A stretch of 61,940 bases of DNA, the filler included, from Choristocarpus tenellus KU-1152 (lineage: Eukaryota > Protista > Phaeophyceae): the NCBI GenBank assembly GCA_964200185.2. It is 12 parts of 12 records of this genome, joined end to end, with 100 filler letters (N's around TTAATTAATTAA, not from the genome) between each part and the next. Parts side by side here need not be neighbours in the genome. Positions count along the whole stretch, not along the records: positions 1 to 7,740 come from CAXNAD020005654.1; positions 7,841 to 11,519 come from CAXNAD020018559.1; positions 11,620 to 15,206 come from CAXNAD020019091.1; 9 more parts are not named here. One strand, 5' to 3'. The notes under the pieces are model-generated. The model ran no database searches. It worked only from the letters and a program-made list of their open reading frames with translations, and was not told the origin of the DNA. A program made the position numbers and the translations under genes. This document shows positions 1 to 12,396 of this stretch, one piece after another (positions within the stretch are counted from its first letter, which is position 1; the number at the start of each line of letters is the position of its first letter).

Positions 1-1514
1 ATGTTCCTGGAGTAGGTAAATGAGTATAACAAAAAGGAGGGGGTGGGGGTGGGGGGGGGGGGGGAAGGAATAAAAAGAGAAGGCATATCATGAATCGACA
101 AATTCTAAGTTGTAAATAATAATAATAATTCCGGTGGTAATTTCTGAAGACTCTTTGACTTAACGTGACTGAGCTTTCTTTTTCTTTTGAGACGGGCCCT
201 TCTCGGAGAGGAACTCTGACTGATCGGATTTTTTTGTTTTTTTAATTTGGTCAACGACAACTTGAGGAGAATCCTTGCCATATATTTCTATTCCCCTTCA
301 AAGGTGTACACCTTTTTTAATTAATTGATTCCGTGCGTTGGAAGGTTTTTGCACTCGAGAATCTCGTTGCCCTTCCGAAGCTCTGTAGGTGGGGGGGAGG
401 GGAGTGAATCCAATATTCAGTGCTGTACTATGCCTGCTAGTTCGACATTTTCCGAGTTCTGTTGCCCTTGTCATACGTGCAAAAATAGAGCCGGTCTGTG
501 TGCTATGCGAGACGATTGGTGAAGAATCCCTTCCGTGGTGCAAGGTACTACTGTTCCTAACCCATGTCCGGTTGTGTCTCACCTCTTGACATACTTCGAC
601 AGAGTTTTCAAAGACTGTATTGATGTGTTTCCAGAATTATTACCATCTTTTTTTTTTATTGTAATGAAATGGAATCTTCTTTACGTCGTTGGATTTTTCG
701 AAGGACCCAAAGAAGAAAAAATGCAACAAAAAATCACTTGCAGTTACATTTTGCAGTCCCCGTGTGTAGCGAGCGCGTGAGTGAGAAAATTTCTCTGTTA
801 TCGTGTTGTTATGCAACTGTACCATTGTGTGTGTGGTCTGGACATGATGCTGCTCCCAGGAACAAACACACACCAACAGATTCATGCCGATAACGCTTAT
901 GTTTTGAGGGTCCTTAGAGGACAACAAGATAGGCTCCTATTGATACACCAATCTGGTAGCCTATTATTAGAGCCACAAAAAAAATCAGCACCTAATGATA
1001 TATACCAAGCTAGTAGTCTATTATCAGAGTGCTTCCTAGTCTGACGCGTCAATGCTACAGCTATAGGAGGAGCAATCATTTTTTATGTATTTGTCAATGC
1101 TGGTGTGAGGTACGCTCAATGCTCCCTGGGCATGACTGACTGACTTGGCAAAATCGCATGCAGATGCACTTGTCCTGAGGCGCACACACAGTCCCATCTG
1201 TGTACAGTTTGTTACCCTTATCATTCCCATCCCCATTCGTTTCCCCACTGCCACGGTCCAAAACGCTTGCTTACGTTTTTTCTACTTTCTCAAGACAAAC
1301 AGGCAAAAGATGGGTAGTCACGGGCGAGATAACGAGATTATGGGAAGACAGGGTGACGACATAGAGCTCTTGCGAACCCGGAGGCCCTGATCAGCCATTC
1401 GCGGAAGGGGTTAAAGCAAGATGATGGGCGATTGGTTGGTTGGTTGATTGGCACATTGGCACATTGGTAAAAAAGGATCTTAAGTAGAGATTCTGGCACG
1501 GCCAAGATGAAAAA

Positions 1515-1764
1515 GAGCCAAAGTATCTTATAGAGGGTAGAGCCGCGTCCATTTGAGGGCCAAAATCGAATGTTGCAATTTCGATGTAATTTTGGCTATC
1601 GTGTTTGTTAGGAAGTTTCAATATCATTGCTCTGAACACCTTTTTCATAACGTATACATTTTACCTACTCCGAAATATTTTGGGTAGGAAAATGTCATAA
1701 AAACCCCCAAGGCAAGGCGAGTCCCAAATGGACAAACAGGGTACCCTCTGAGATACTTTCACTC
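1515..1764 (+). mobile_element. MITE family B (~250 bp), full copy
   Basis: TIRs GAGCCAAAGTATCT...AGATACTTTCACTC, flanked by AAA/AAA; interior aligns by eye with the reverse complement of 13242-13504 and 28363-28625; no ORF. Confidence 0.85.
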
Positions 1765-4700
1765 AAAAACAAAACCACTGCTATTAATTCCTATTGTTCT
1801 TCACAGCAAAGGCAGAACACGTTTGTAGTGAAGAAACACACGAGTATGTAAGAAAAAGAAGCAATGAAACAGTGGGGAAGAGGTGGGAGATCCCAGGGTG
1901 AAAAAAAAACAACTTGTGATACGTTGGAGAGGACGGGGCGGGGGATGGTTGTAGGGTGGAACGTGTGTCCTACTGAATGGATATATGACAGTTACATACA
2001 CTGGCGTTCGTTTAACTGGTCTATTTCGTTTCCCTTTCCGTGTGTACAGGCGTGCACGTCCCATCCCGTCGATATTTTATTTATCACCGTATTTTTTATT
2101 TTATTTTTTGTTGATATTTTGAAGAGATTGTGGTTGTGCTTTGCTTGGTGGGAGAGGATGTTCTTATCCATATTTTTCTTGCTCTTTGACGTAGGGGTTG
2201 GACTGTCAGTTTCTATTCACACATCCATCTTTGGAGGAATACGGGCGTGGTGGTGGACAGATGGGAGAGGAGACTGTTATATGTAGAGCATGTTGTATTC
2301 ACCGCTTCGCCCTTGCAGGGCATGGTGACGGACGTCTGAATAGATGGGAGAGATTTGTTTGCCTAGATCCTTTGGAGAGGGCAGGTGCTTAAGTTCTTTG
2401 TGGGAAGGTTTATGGATGGATGCACACTGGTCATGTATGTATGTTCTATTGGGAGGTGCCCTCAAGGGTTTGTAGCGCTTGAGGAGACAAAGCTAGTGAG
2501 CCCAATCACAGTGCACAGTTTAACAGAACATATCGTGATTTCCATTGTCGGCGTCTGTCCTGATCCTGTTTCAAGCTCGAGATATTACGATGGCCTGGTG
2601 GATATGATTACTTTTAGTTCGTCTGATCATCGTATGTGTAGGAGTCCCTATGGTTAGGTAGTCCAGACAGCTTAAGCCGAAAAAAACACCTTGGAGTATG
2701 CTGCAAAAAAATGGAATAAAAAAATGGAATTCAGACAACCTTTGAGTCAGGAACATGGAGAATATTGACTACAGCAACCTTGGGCATTACGTAGATTTAA
2801 TGAAATGTTCCCTCGGCAGGATGTGGCTCTAGTAGAAGAGAAAAACACCTGTGAAGGCATTGATAGTCGAAAATGCCCTCCACAGTAGTGCTCAAGATGC
2901 ATTTACCACAGTGCAGCCATAGGGAGGGGTTGTAAAATGTCAACGGCACCCCTGCCTAGATTGTATCACTCACTCCAAAAGCACAGTTGAAGATATACAG
3001 TACGCAAGAATGTGATGCTCTGGAGTATGACTTAGAGGTGCCAAGTTCTTGTTTCGTGGAGGGATGGAAGATTATCTGGAAGGAGGTTCCATGACGAGCC
3101 AACTCCAATAGTAGAGTAGGAGAGTGTTGTAGCACAGAGAGAACAAGTCTTCTTGCATGGAAAAACTTCCGTTAATTTCTTGACCTATTAATGCAGGTAT
3201 CGCATACTAAAGCTGTTTCTCGTCTTTCCAAAAGGTGTTCCTGAACATTACTTCATTCATTACACCATAGGCAATGCTCCAACTATATAGGTGTCCAGTT
3301 CACTCCCTCTCTAAAAGTAGTAAGACACCTGTACATTATATACACACAGACATGCACATACAAGTCACAGGGAGAGAGGTTCCGTGACGTGTATCACCTG
3401 TCTGTAGGTAGCCTTCTGGCTTCTTCTTACCCTCAATTCTATTTTTGGGGTTGCTCTTCCCCCTTCTTGTCGCTAATGTCCCTCCAAACAGACACCTCTC
3501 TTGGTGCACTATTGCTAATATTGTATCATGAATTGAAGCACTACGACTACAGTTCCACTTCGAAGCATTGTACTAACTGAGAGGTACTAGATGCTGCAGT
3601 TGTAAGTACTCTGGAGTATCATGTGTTATCCCTTGCCTCTAGGGGGTGGTGGGGGGGAGGAGTTTGATCTTGTAGAATGAGGAGTGTTTCTCATGTCGAT
3701 CTCAGCATTGTGCTCCCATGCATGTTAACACTGTGTGTGGTGTATTTGTATCCCTCCCTCGTTGTCCTCTTCAATCTCCCTGTCACCTGGTTCAGCTCTT
3801 CTTCTTATACCTCTTCTGAGCGGGGACGACAATAATGTTGAGAGTAAGGTTCTTATATTTCTTGGTATGGCATGTAGTTACGCAGAACTGACCGATCTTC
3901 TCGGATGGCCAATACTCATCATGGAACCCACCAACATATCCTTGAATTGATATCAGCTTTTGAATGACTCAAGCATCTCTGAGGATCAAGCCACAGACCA
4001 TAGTAGTAGTGTGCTTGGGGTACAACTTTCCAATGCCGTGTTTTTTGCAATTTACAGCAATGGAGCCTAGAGCAACAAGAATGTCAGTCCATATTGATCC
4101 TTCCAGAATATCAGTACACTATATAACAATATTCTGAACTCCACATATCAATATCGCTTTGTCTGTTACAATTACCTACTAAAATAGGTATATTTTCTTC
4201 TGGATCTGCAAACAAGCACACAACCTTGCATACACTATATTTCTGGGCTGGATATTCTGTGGAGTAGTAGCCAAGCCACTGGACAACGATACATCTACTA
4301 CAACAATCCGAGTAGAAGAAGGTTTAACCAGCTCCAACTGGCACACACACCGTAACCTCTTTGCATGATTTTACATCACTTCAATGAGTCAATCCACACA
4401 TAAATGTATTACAGCAACCAACCTAATTTCTCCAAGGTAATCAAAATACGGCAAGGAGAGCCTATTGACAAAAGGGCGGGAGGGTTTCGGAAGGAAAACA
4501 TACAAGGCTCTATGGCAAGCTTTAAATGTATCAGTAAAATATTACACAAGCCTAATCGCAATATATCTCTTATGATATCCTACCCTCTGAGATACCTTCA
4601 ATACATCATACTCAAAAACATGACTAGGGGCGCCTACTCCCTACGAGTATACAGTATGTAGGTCACCTCTGTGCTTCACCTTTTGAAGCTGCGTAATCTG

Positions 4701-5637
4701 CCCCAGTAATCCTCTATTTTTCGTTTTATGACAACTTGTACTATTTTGTACAAATGAATGTCATACCAAATCATCCCATACTCCCAGGACAACAACCAAA
4801 TCGTTAACATAGGAAGTCACGTTCAACTTTGCACAGGTCGCAAGAAAAGCAAGCAAAGCAAGGCACACATAATACAATGCTCACAATTCCGGGTAAGGGT
4901 ATTATATCATTATGTACTACGCAAAGCTCGCTTTTTGACTCCATTGACATACTACCTCTGCTCATTCCTAGCAGATGTTCACCAGAAAGTGGAAGTAAGG
5001 GAGGGAGCTGGGAAATTTCCGAGTTGGCATACATGCAATATCTCTATCCCTGTCCTAGGTGATGGAAATTGTCTGATCAGGGCTCAAATGGAGCTCTATA
5101 TCCTGTGTTTTGATATGGACCCTACATACATACCAACAGGGATATCAACAAACCATGGAGGGTTGCATCTGTGAGCAAAGTATCAGGGGAGGGGTGCCAG
5201 GTGACTTGCGACAAAAACGCAAGAACAGAACACAAAGAATGTGTACTGTAGCTATGAATAGACCATACTATGGTTTGTTGTAAGACGGGATTAGACACAA
5301 CCTTAGGGGTAGATGCATCTATGGTCAAATCCAGTTGTGGTGATTACTTTGGATTTCCCCAAAAACTCTGCTTCTGCTTCAACTTGATGTTTGTCGAATT
5401 TTCCAGATTGGTCAGCCCTCATTTCGTTTGTGCTTCTTTCCGCTGCTGCTTGTTACAGACCCCACCTTCTCCTTTCTATTGCTCTTAAAAACAGGAGGGC
5501 GGCAATGATATTAAGCGATCCATAAAGTTAATGAAAGGTTGGGCAAGAAGGGGGGGGATTCAGATGCAGCAGGAATGGTGCTCTGCGTCCATGTTGTGGG
5601 CCAGGAAGTTAAGGCCTCAGCAGTTGATGTAGTCCTG

Positions 5638-5771
5638 GTCCTGCTTGAGCAAATTGCATGCTTGCAGGGGCTATTCCTGCTTACAAAGCATGGATAGTAT
5701 ATTCTGATTCCCCACGTTCTGGAAGCAAGCAGGAATAGCCCCTGCAAGCATCCCATCCCCCCAAGCAAGAC
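5638..5771. ncRNA. candidate pre-miRNA-like hairpin
   Basis: Perfect 25-bp inverted repeat 5658-5682 / 5727-5751 (ATGCTTGCAGGGGCTATTCCTGCTT), 44-nt partly pairing loop, outer arm 5638-5648 / 5761-5771. RNA function is inference only. Confidence 0.4.
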
Positions 5772-7740
5772 GAGGCCTATGTTGTTTGCTGGGGTCTTAT
5801 CCTCTCAGCCCCAAATAAGGACAAGAGAAAGTAGAAGACCTCCCATTCCTCCATCTCGAGATCTGATCGAAAAAACCTGCCCGCCCTATCGGAACATTTA
5901 ATAAATATTAGGGAAAACCTCCTAAACCAACCTTCACACAAACCGTGTATGCCCAGCAATGGTAAGTACAAAGTATGCTCTTCATTCCAGCCATGCTTGT
6001 TTCCTTTGGCACTCTCCCCAATGTCCTGGTCAATCGTTATGCCCTCTCCTATCCTCTCCATTGCCTGATGCCTGGGTATGGAACTTCAAAGTGAGGACTG
6101 CAGATATTTTATTCCCTTTATTGTACCATACACAACCACCCAGCCATGGCCGTGGAGGATGTCCGTATGACAATGACCTTGCAAAGGTTGCGGTGATATT
6201 CTGATTCAATACTCACTAATTTCAGGCTAACTATAATGATATCTATAACTTATGTACAAGCATACAATTATGGCACAATACTTGTACAGTAGGTGCGTAT
6301 AGTAGGTGCGTATATTCTGTATGCCAAAGTTAGATCATGCTGAGTTTTTCATTTTTGGTGTTAGGGCAACATTCTGCCAGGCATGTCTTAAGGACCTCAA
6401 GCCATAAAAGCAGCGGGATGACTGTTCTGCGAGTGTCTCCACCCACTGCTATGGCAGCCAGAGGTCAATTTTGGAGGGCCAAGTACTTTTTGATAGCACT
6501 TGTAAGAAGTGGTACTAATGTTATCGTTTCTGGCTCATTTTTTGTTTTGTTATCGTCTGGTCAATTGAGCTCTCTGTGGAGATTTATTTTTTTGAGGGTG
6601 TGCAAATAGCTCACACTTGCCTTGCAATATCCCCCTACCCCCTCAATATACTACATAGTAGGAGTATTTATTTATTGATACTGAGATCACGTTGAGGGTT
6701 AGGTCCATCTGTGAATTGTCAAGCACACCCTCCTATATTTCTCACAATAATCTGCCCCTAAAGATCACAATGTCTGGTAGACCAATTACTTTACTGAGAA
6801 GTGAAGGAAGGCAAATTCAATCGACAGCATCATTGATTATCGGGATTCTCATTGGAATTGAATAATCTTCTGGGCTGTGGGTGTTTTAGGACTGATTGTG
6901 ATCAGAATGGGTATGCTCCAATCAGAGAGGGTGACCTCGATCGGATGACACCAACAATACAACATATTAGCTCTCGGATTGGTAGGTGCCGCCTCCTCAA
7001 TGTGCTATGTGCAGCCTTTGGGGACCGGTCTTGCGGAGGGATGGAAGGAAATGTGAACCGCACAGCTATGCCCTGGAGTAGGGGGGGGTCTCAGTGCTCG
7101 GAAGGTCCAATCCCTGTGACCTTGTGGCGGAACCAAATACACCAGAGGAGAGAGCCATCAAAGAGACCTTCAAGAACGAGTTGGGGAGGAGACCCTCAGA
7201 GCATTTGTTGAGGTGTCAAGCCACTTCCCTAATGGAGGAACAGGTCTAATGCATTTGGGGAGGGGGGAGCAGCAAGAACTTTCGCAGCAAGGAGGATGGT
7301 CAGCGCAGGAATGGGTGTATGGTTTTATTTGGATCGGACCACTACGATCAACCTCCCTCTGCCTAGTTTTTGAGGTCGTGTGTATTTGGGTAGATGGAAT
7401 CTCTTCCGTCAGTAATCTCAACGGCACAAAAGTGGTCAACCCCACTGCCCACCTCTCTGCACAATTGGACCACTTAACCTTCCCATTCCTATCCCTCTCC
7501 AACATGAAGACTCCTTCCACGACTTCCAGAAGACATTGTCAAGAGAGAAATGGCAGGAGGATGGTCATGAGCAATGGGAGGAAGGCTGGAGATGGGGAAG
7601 CTGGGGGGATGGGAGATGGAGGACTGGGAGCGAGGCTGGGAAGGAGGAAGCTACATTTGTAGAGTGACATTGACTGGAGCAGGCAGAGGGGAGCACAGGG
7701 GGTAGAGTAGGATGTGCAGCAGGGCCAAGAGGGACAGTGG

Positions 7741-7840
7741 NNNNNNNNNNNNNNNNNNNNNNNNNNNNNNNNNNNNNNNNNNNNTTAATTAATTAANNNN
7801 NNNNNNNNNNNNNNNNNNNNNNNNNNNNNNNNNNNNNNNN
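7741..7840. other. artificial contig linker
   Basis: N44-TTAATTAATTAA-N44, stops in all six frames. Confidence 0.99.
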
Positions 7841-10397
7841 GAGATGGGGGCCGGAGTAGCAAGGGGAGACCGCCTGCACCGAGGGCTGCAGGGGGTTCAG
7901 GGGGTGTTGCTGGTCCAGTGTCCAATTGGCCATCACCCTGTAAACTTGAAAACCCCCCTTCTCCTTCACACAACCCACTGTGAGATGTAGTAGTAATGCT
8001 TGGGTATGTGGATGGATATGCGGGGTGGGGCAGGAGATGAAGGTGTAGAGTCCAATGGAAGGAGGGGTATTTGACCATTCTTTTCAAGTCATATGTTGTG
8101 AAGTGCTGATCATACAGAAATAATGCTCCCCCCCCCCTATCCTCCCCAAGATGTAAGTAGTGCCTCTCACACTTTTGGGCAGTCTCACTCCTAACCCTAT
8201 ACATTGATTCCTTGCATAAACAAACAAAAGGTTTCCAAGATATGTGGAGGCAGGACATGGGCAAAGTAAGCGATACTCTCGCTCTCCACCTCCAACCTTG
8301 AGAGAGATGAGAGCCTTGGAGGATGCCCAGGGATTTTCACTAGGGGGGAGACAGAGCTCAGGCCTGAGCCAGAACAGGTTAGCCAATGACCTTCAGTGGA
8401 CCTTGAGACTAACTTTGGGCACAGAAATGAGTCTGCTTCTGACTGGGGTCTGGTTTGGTGTCTTTCAACTGGTGTGTTATGGCAACTGGTGTTTGTTATC
8501 TTATGACAGTACAACAATATACAACAATTGGAAATCATCATTGTCGAGTGAAGGGTTGTGATGGGTTGGTGAGAGAGGGAGCCTATCAGGGGTGTTTTCT
8601 GTCCCTGTAGGGGATTTGGTGTGTTTCTTTATGTCCTTGACGTAGAAGTACTGTGTTCTACGAAGGACAACAATATAAATAACAACATAAATATGACCTA
8701 CATATATAGGTTACTGAGTGATCTCAATTGCTTGGAATCAAGATTTTAGAATTGTCACTGTCCTGACAACACCCTACCAATCATCACCTGACTATTAATG
8801 TAGGTGTTGCTGAGTTTGCCTTATGTCCAGACTCAAGAAAGAAGCTTGCAATCCTTGTATGTATATATGTGGTGTTGATAGTGTATGGTACTCTGCCTGT
8901 GAAACAAATGTGACTTGTGAGTACAAGTCAAAAGGTTTGCGACTTAGTTCTTTTGTGGTTTTGACAGTTACTGACATTGATATTGCTACTGTGGAATTGA
9001 AGATTAGTTAATATTATTGCATGTAGTATATTAGTAATATTTTAAGCATTCATGTTGCAATTTTGAGGGTTAGACCAATTGTTGACCTCAACATGCGCGG
9101 GTTTACTTTTTTTATTAACACCTTGTGTCCTTGGAAGAAGTCAAACATGCACCTGCACCATCCTTAACCCTAACCCTAACCCAAATGGCATGTACCAGTG
9201 GAACAGGCAAGCTTGAGAGGTCTGGCAGCAGGAGCAGGGAAGGTTCTGAAACAGAGGAAGAAGGAAGGGCACGGGCTGGTGGGGGGGTGGGGGAGGGAGA
9301 TGAAGAGGGGGAGGATGGGGAGGGGGAGGGGAAGTTATTGCTTCGCCGCTCTAGGACGAATGATGAGAAGCTAGGCAATACTGGGGAGTGTCAACGGCTA
9401 AGGACTTTTGAGGAGAAGTTGTCGACTACTGGAGAGCGCAAGTATGGACTGGGTTATTTGTCTAATGGGTGTTGTATCTCTCTAGCATCTCTTTTGTGTG
9501 TTTGGATCACCTATTCGTACTGATTGTATCGATGCAAAGAGAGTTCCGGGTGCTGTATTTTGATGCTTTGTGTGCTCTGTGTGGTGAGCAATGGGACATG
9601 GTAGTTGATGGTGCAAGGATTGTGGTGGATGACATGTGATTGACATGTTTTTGTTTGAACTCACTAACTCTCTCTATCCCTAACCCTAACTGGGCCTTGT
9701 TTGTCTAGACTGGCAAGCCTCTCTCTCTATTGGGACTTGGTTCCTTTATATAGTGCAAATGAGGTCCTGGGCATTGTGAACAACAGAACATAAAACACAG
9801 AACATAAAACACAGAACATATGGGGCAGTGCGACAATAAAGGACACAGAAACTGACCTAGATCTAGTAGCAGATAGTGACCTCTTTTTGTTCTTGGTTTC
9901 CAACCTCTTTCCAACCCTGCACCAAGAATACCACTAACCTTATTGTTGATGTAAATGTTTTTCTTTTTATGTTCAAGACAACAAATTACAGTCTGTACTA
10001 AATGATTGGGAAACTGAGTAGTGCATAAAGGAGTACTGAGTACTGCATAAAGGAGCACTGGGTATTGCATACAGGAGTACTGAGAACTACATACACAGAC
10101 TGTTTGGTTTGATCAGTTTTTGCCTGATTTGTTGTGTTTTGTTTATGTTTCTTTTATTTGAAGGTGGTGGCCATGGGCATACGAAGTTCTTGTTGTGCAA
10201 TGGACAGCACTTCTCGCCACCGCGCAGAGTGGCTCCAGTAGCAGCTCTGGTAGCAGAGGGTCACATGGGAGGGGGGTTGCAAAAGGGAGGTATAGGGGCA
10301 AGACAGAGGGAGAAACTAACGGAGCTGGGGGGGGGGGAGGGGGGGGGGCTCGCGTATCGTACCCATACAAGCGAGATACTCTACCTAGCCACACAGA
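7841..10397 (+). CDS. partial multi-exon hypothetical Gly/Ser/Glu-rich protein
   Basis: Phase-compatible exons 7841-7979, 8231-8377, 9199-9437, 10208-10397 give a continuous frame (...SPSHNPL-FPRYVEAG...SQNS-GTGKLERSG...STTGE-PLLATAQSG...SYPYKRDTLPSHTE); requires a GC donor at 9438; no recognisable domain. Confidence 0.5.
10013..10098. repeat. ~22-bp minisatellite, ~4 degenerate units (ACTGAGTAxTGCATAxAGGAGT)
   Basis: Direct tandem units with no spacers. Confidence 0.8.
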
Positions 10398-10546
10398 GTG
10401 AGTGTAAAACACTGTTTGGTTGATGTTGTGAAGTGTGCTTTTCATCCTTGAGTAGTTTCAAATATATCATATCCTACTATTATTTGGTTGGGGCTGTTGG
10501 ATGAGTGCTGATGGTTTTGTGTTGGTTTTTTGTTCATGTCCGGTCG

Positions 10547-10550
10547 GTGT

Positions 10551-10614
<64 letters not shown>
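10547..10614. repeat. (GT)n microsatellite
   Basis: Seen directly, one interruption. Confidence 0.97.
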
Positions 10615-10615
<1 letters not shown>

Positions 10616-11519
10616 ATGGTCCATGTTTTTGAGTAATGAATCTTGCCATTTGCCTCCTTTTTTGTTCTGAATGTTGTGTGTACAATATACAGTGTACAGT
10701 GAGGGCAACCAAACAATCAGGCATTGAATGCATTTTGGGCTATGTTGTATGGTACATGTGTCATCTCACTGTAAAGCTGTCTTCTTGTTGGATGGTCCAC
10801 CATATATATATATATATATTATTTTATTTATTTTTCTGTGTGTTTCACCGGTGTGATGTGTTTTGTGTTGACTTGCATAGGTTTGTCTATGTCTACATCT
10901 ATATCCATACCTGTACTTGTAGTTGTATGGGTTAGGCTTGTGCTCTTGCTTACCTATGTATCATTATGTGTAGCCTATTTTATTTATTTTGTTACTGGAG
11001 TGTGTATTTGTTTTTTTAGATGTGTTGCATTGTGTTGCATTGTGTTGATCGAAGGATGACCATCCTCCATCCACTGCTATTACCGTGTCTGTATTTGTCT
11101 GTGTGCTCATTAAATCCTTGCTGTTATTTCAATCTATATTATAAGAGGAATTTTGCTTCCCTCAGGGCTAGAATAAGTTGGAGTGCTGTTGTTTTGGTGG
11201 CCATGTGGTCACTCACAGGCAGTGACATGTAAGGTACGAGAATGAGGAGACTGTCAAATAGTTAAGGTTAAGGATATGCTGATGTGACACAACTATGATT
11301 CTCCATCTGATTGGAATCTTGATGATAAGCAACAGGAGTTTCTTCTGTGTTGGAGTTGCCTGTTCAAAGTGAAGGCAGTTGTGTATTGTGTATGAGGGGC
11401 TAAATAATAATTATTTAGATATTATTTAGATACGATTTCCGACCCCCCCCCCCCCCCCTCCTTCCTATTTTGTTGTGTGGGTGTTTTTGTGGTTTTTTTT
11501 TTTTTTTTTTTGTGTTTTG

Positions 11520-11619
11520 NNNNNNNNNNNNNNNNNNNNNNNNNNNNNNNNNNNNNNNNNNNNTTAATTAATTAANNNNNNNNNNNNNNNNNNNNNNNNN
11601 NNNNNNNNNNNNNNNNNNN
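11520..11619. other. artificial contig linker
   Basis: N44-TTAATTAATTAA-N44. Confidence 0.99.
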
Positions 11620-11670
11620 CAAATGTACACCCTGGGCTAGACCCTCCCCCCCCCCCAGATACTTTGATCC
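11620..11670 (+). mobile_element. MITE family A, right end, truncated by contig start
   Basis: CAAATGTACACCCTGG...CCCAGATACTTTGATCC matches the right end of 54899-55070. Confidence 0.85.
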
Positions 11671-12396
11671 CATGGAGCAAGTCGCAATGATATGTCTTCA
11701 GCAGCATACTTGCAGGGTGAACTATTGAACAAAAAAATCGTTTTTTCTGCAAATAGCTCCCAAAATTCTTTTGTGGTACCTTGATATCCTGTCGAGTCAG
11801 TGCATTACTCCCTGATAGGACGACAACTCTATATCCAGCTCGCACCTGCCAATGGCGCATATAAGTTCCTCTCAATCATTCGTTACGTAAAGGAAAGCTG
11901 AATGATCCCTCTAGCTCGCTCTAACTAATACCATTGTGCCTCTAACCCACCCATTTTAGGGTGCTTTTCCTCGTATTGGGTAACATTATCTTTTGGATGC
12001 CCTACCCTTACTGATCCTTGCATCATCAACCCTCCTTGCTGACACCAAACAGGCAACAACAGTCTCCACCCATAGCATGTTTTTTTTTTTAATAGCATAA
12101 ATAGCATAGACCGCAACAAACGACGCGACCCCAACAAAATATACCCTCCAAATCGTCACCTCTGCACCACACCTACCCCCACAAACACTCCGTCTTGGCT
12201 CCTCCTAGTCAAATCCTTTCATTGACCGTGACCATGGACAAGAAATATCAAATGCGCAGGCAGCGTGTTAGATTCACTTCCTGGTTCATCACTTTTCTGA
12301 CTATTTCTAGGTGTACAGTCCGATTGAAGACGCCATCAGACTCTCTGCCGTTCTGTTTACAAAGCTTAAGACACGTACTGATGCAAGAGGAGAAAG

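Noticed and set aside
280-7740. Scattered exon-like segments on the minus strand (about 298-385, 583-645, 3437-3517, 5347-5476) and the ORFs at 6852-7662
   Set aside because: I could not assemble a phase-consistent model or recognise any domain; they may belong to a real gene but cannot be supported from sequence alone.
7841-8264. Minus-strand ORF with YDQHF...KYPSFHW resembling a DIRS/Ngaro gag motif
   Set aside because: It overlaps a better-supported plus-strand exon-intron-exon structure, and no RT, RNase H or tyrosine recombinase sequence is nearby.
10013-10098. 22-bp repeats as a CRISPR array
   Set aside because: Units are directly adjacent with no unique spacers, no cas genes are present, and the context is a eukaryotic intron.
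11145-11171. EFCFPQG as a uDENN motif continuing the contig-2 gene
   Set aside because: Splice phase does not fit the upstream exon and a stop follows immediately.
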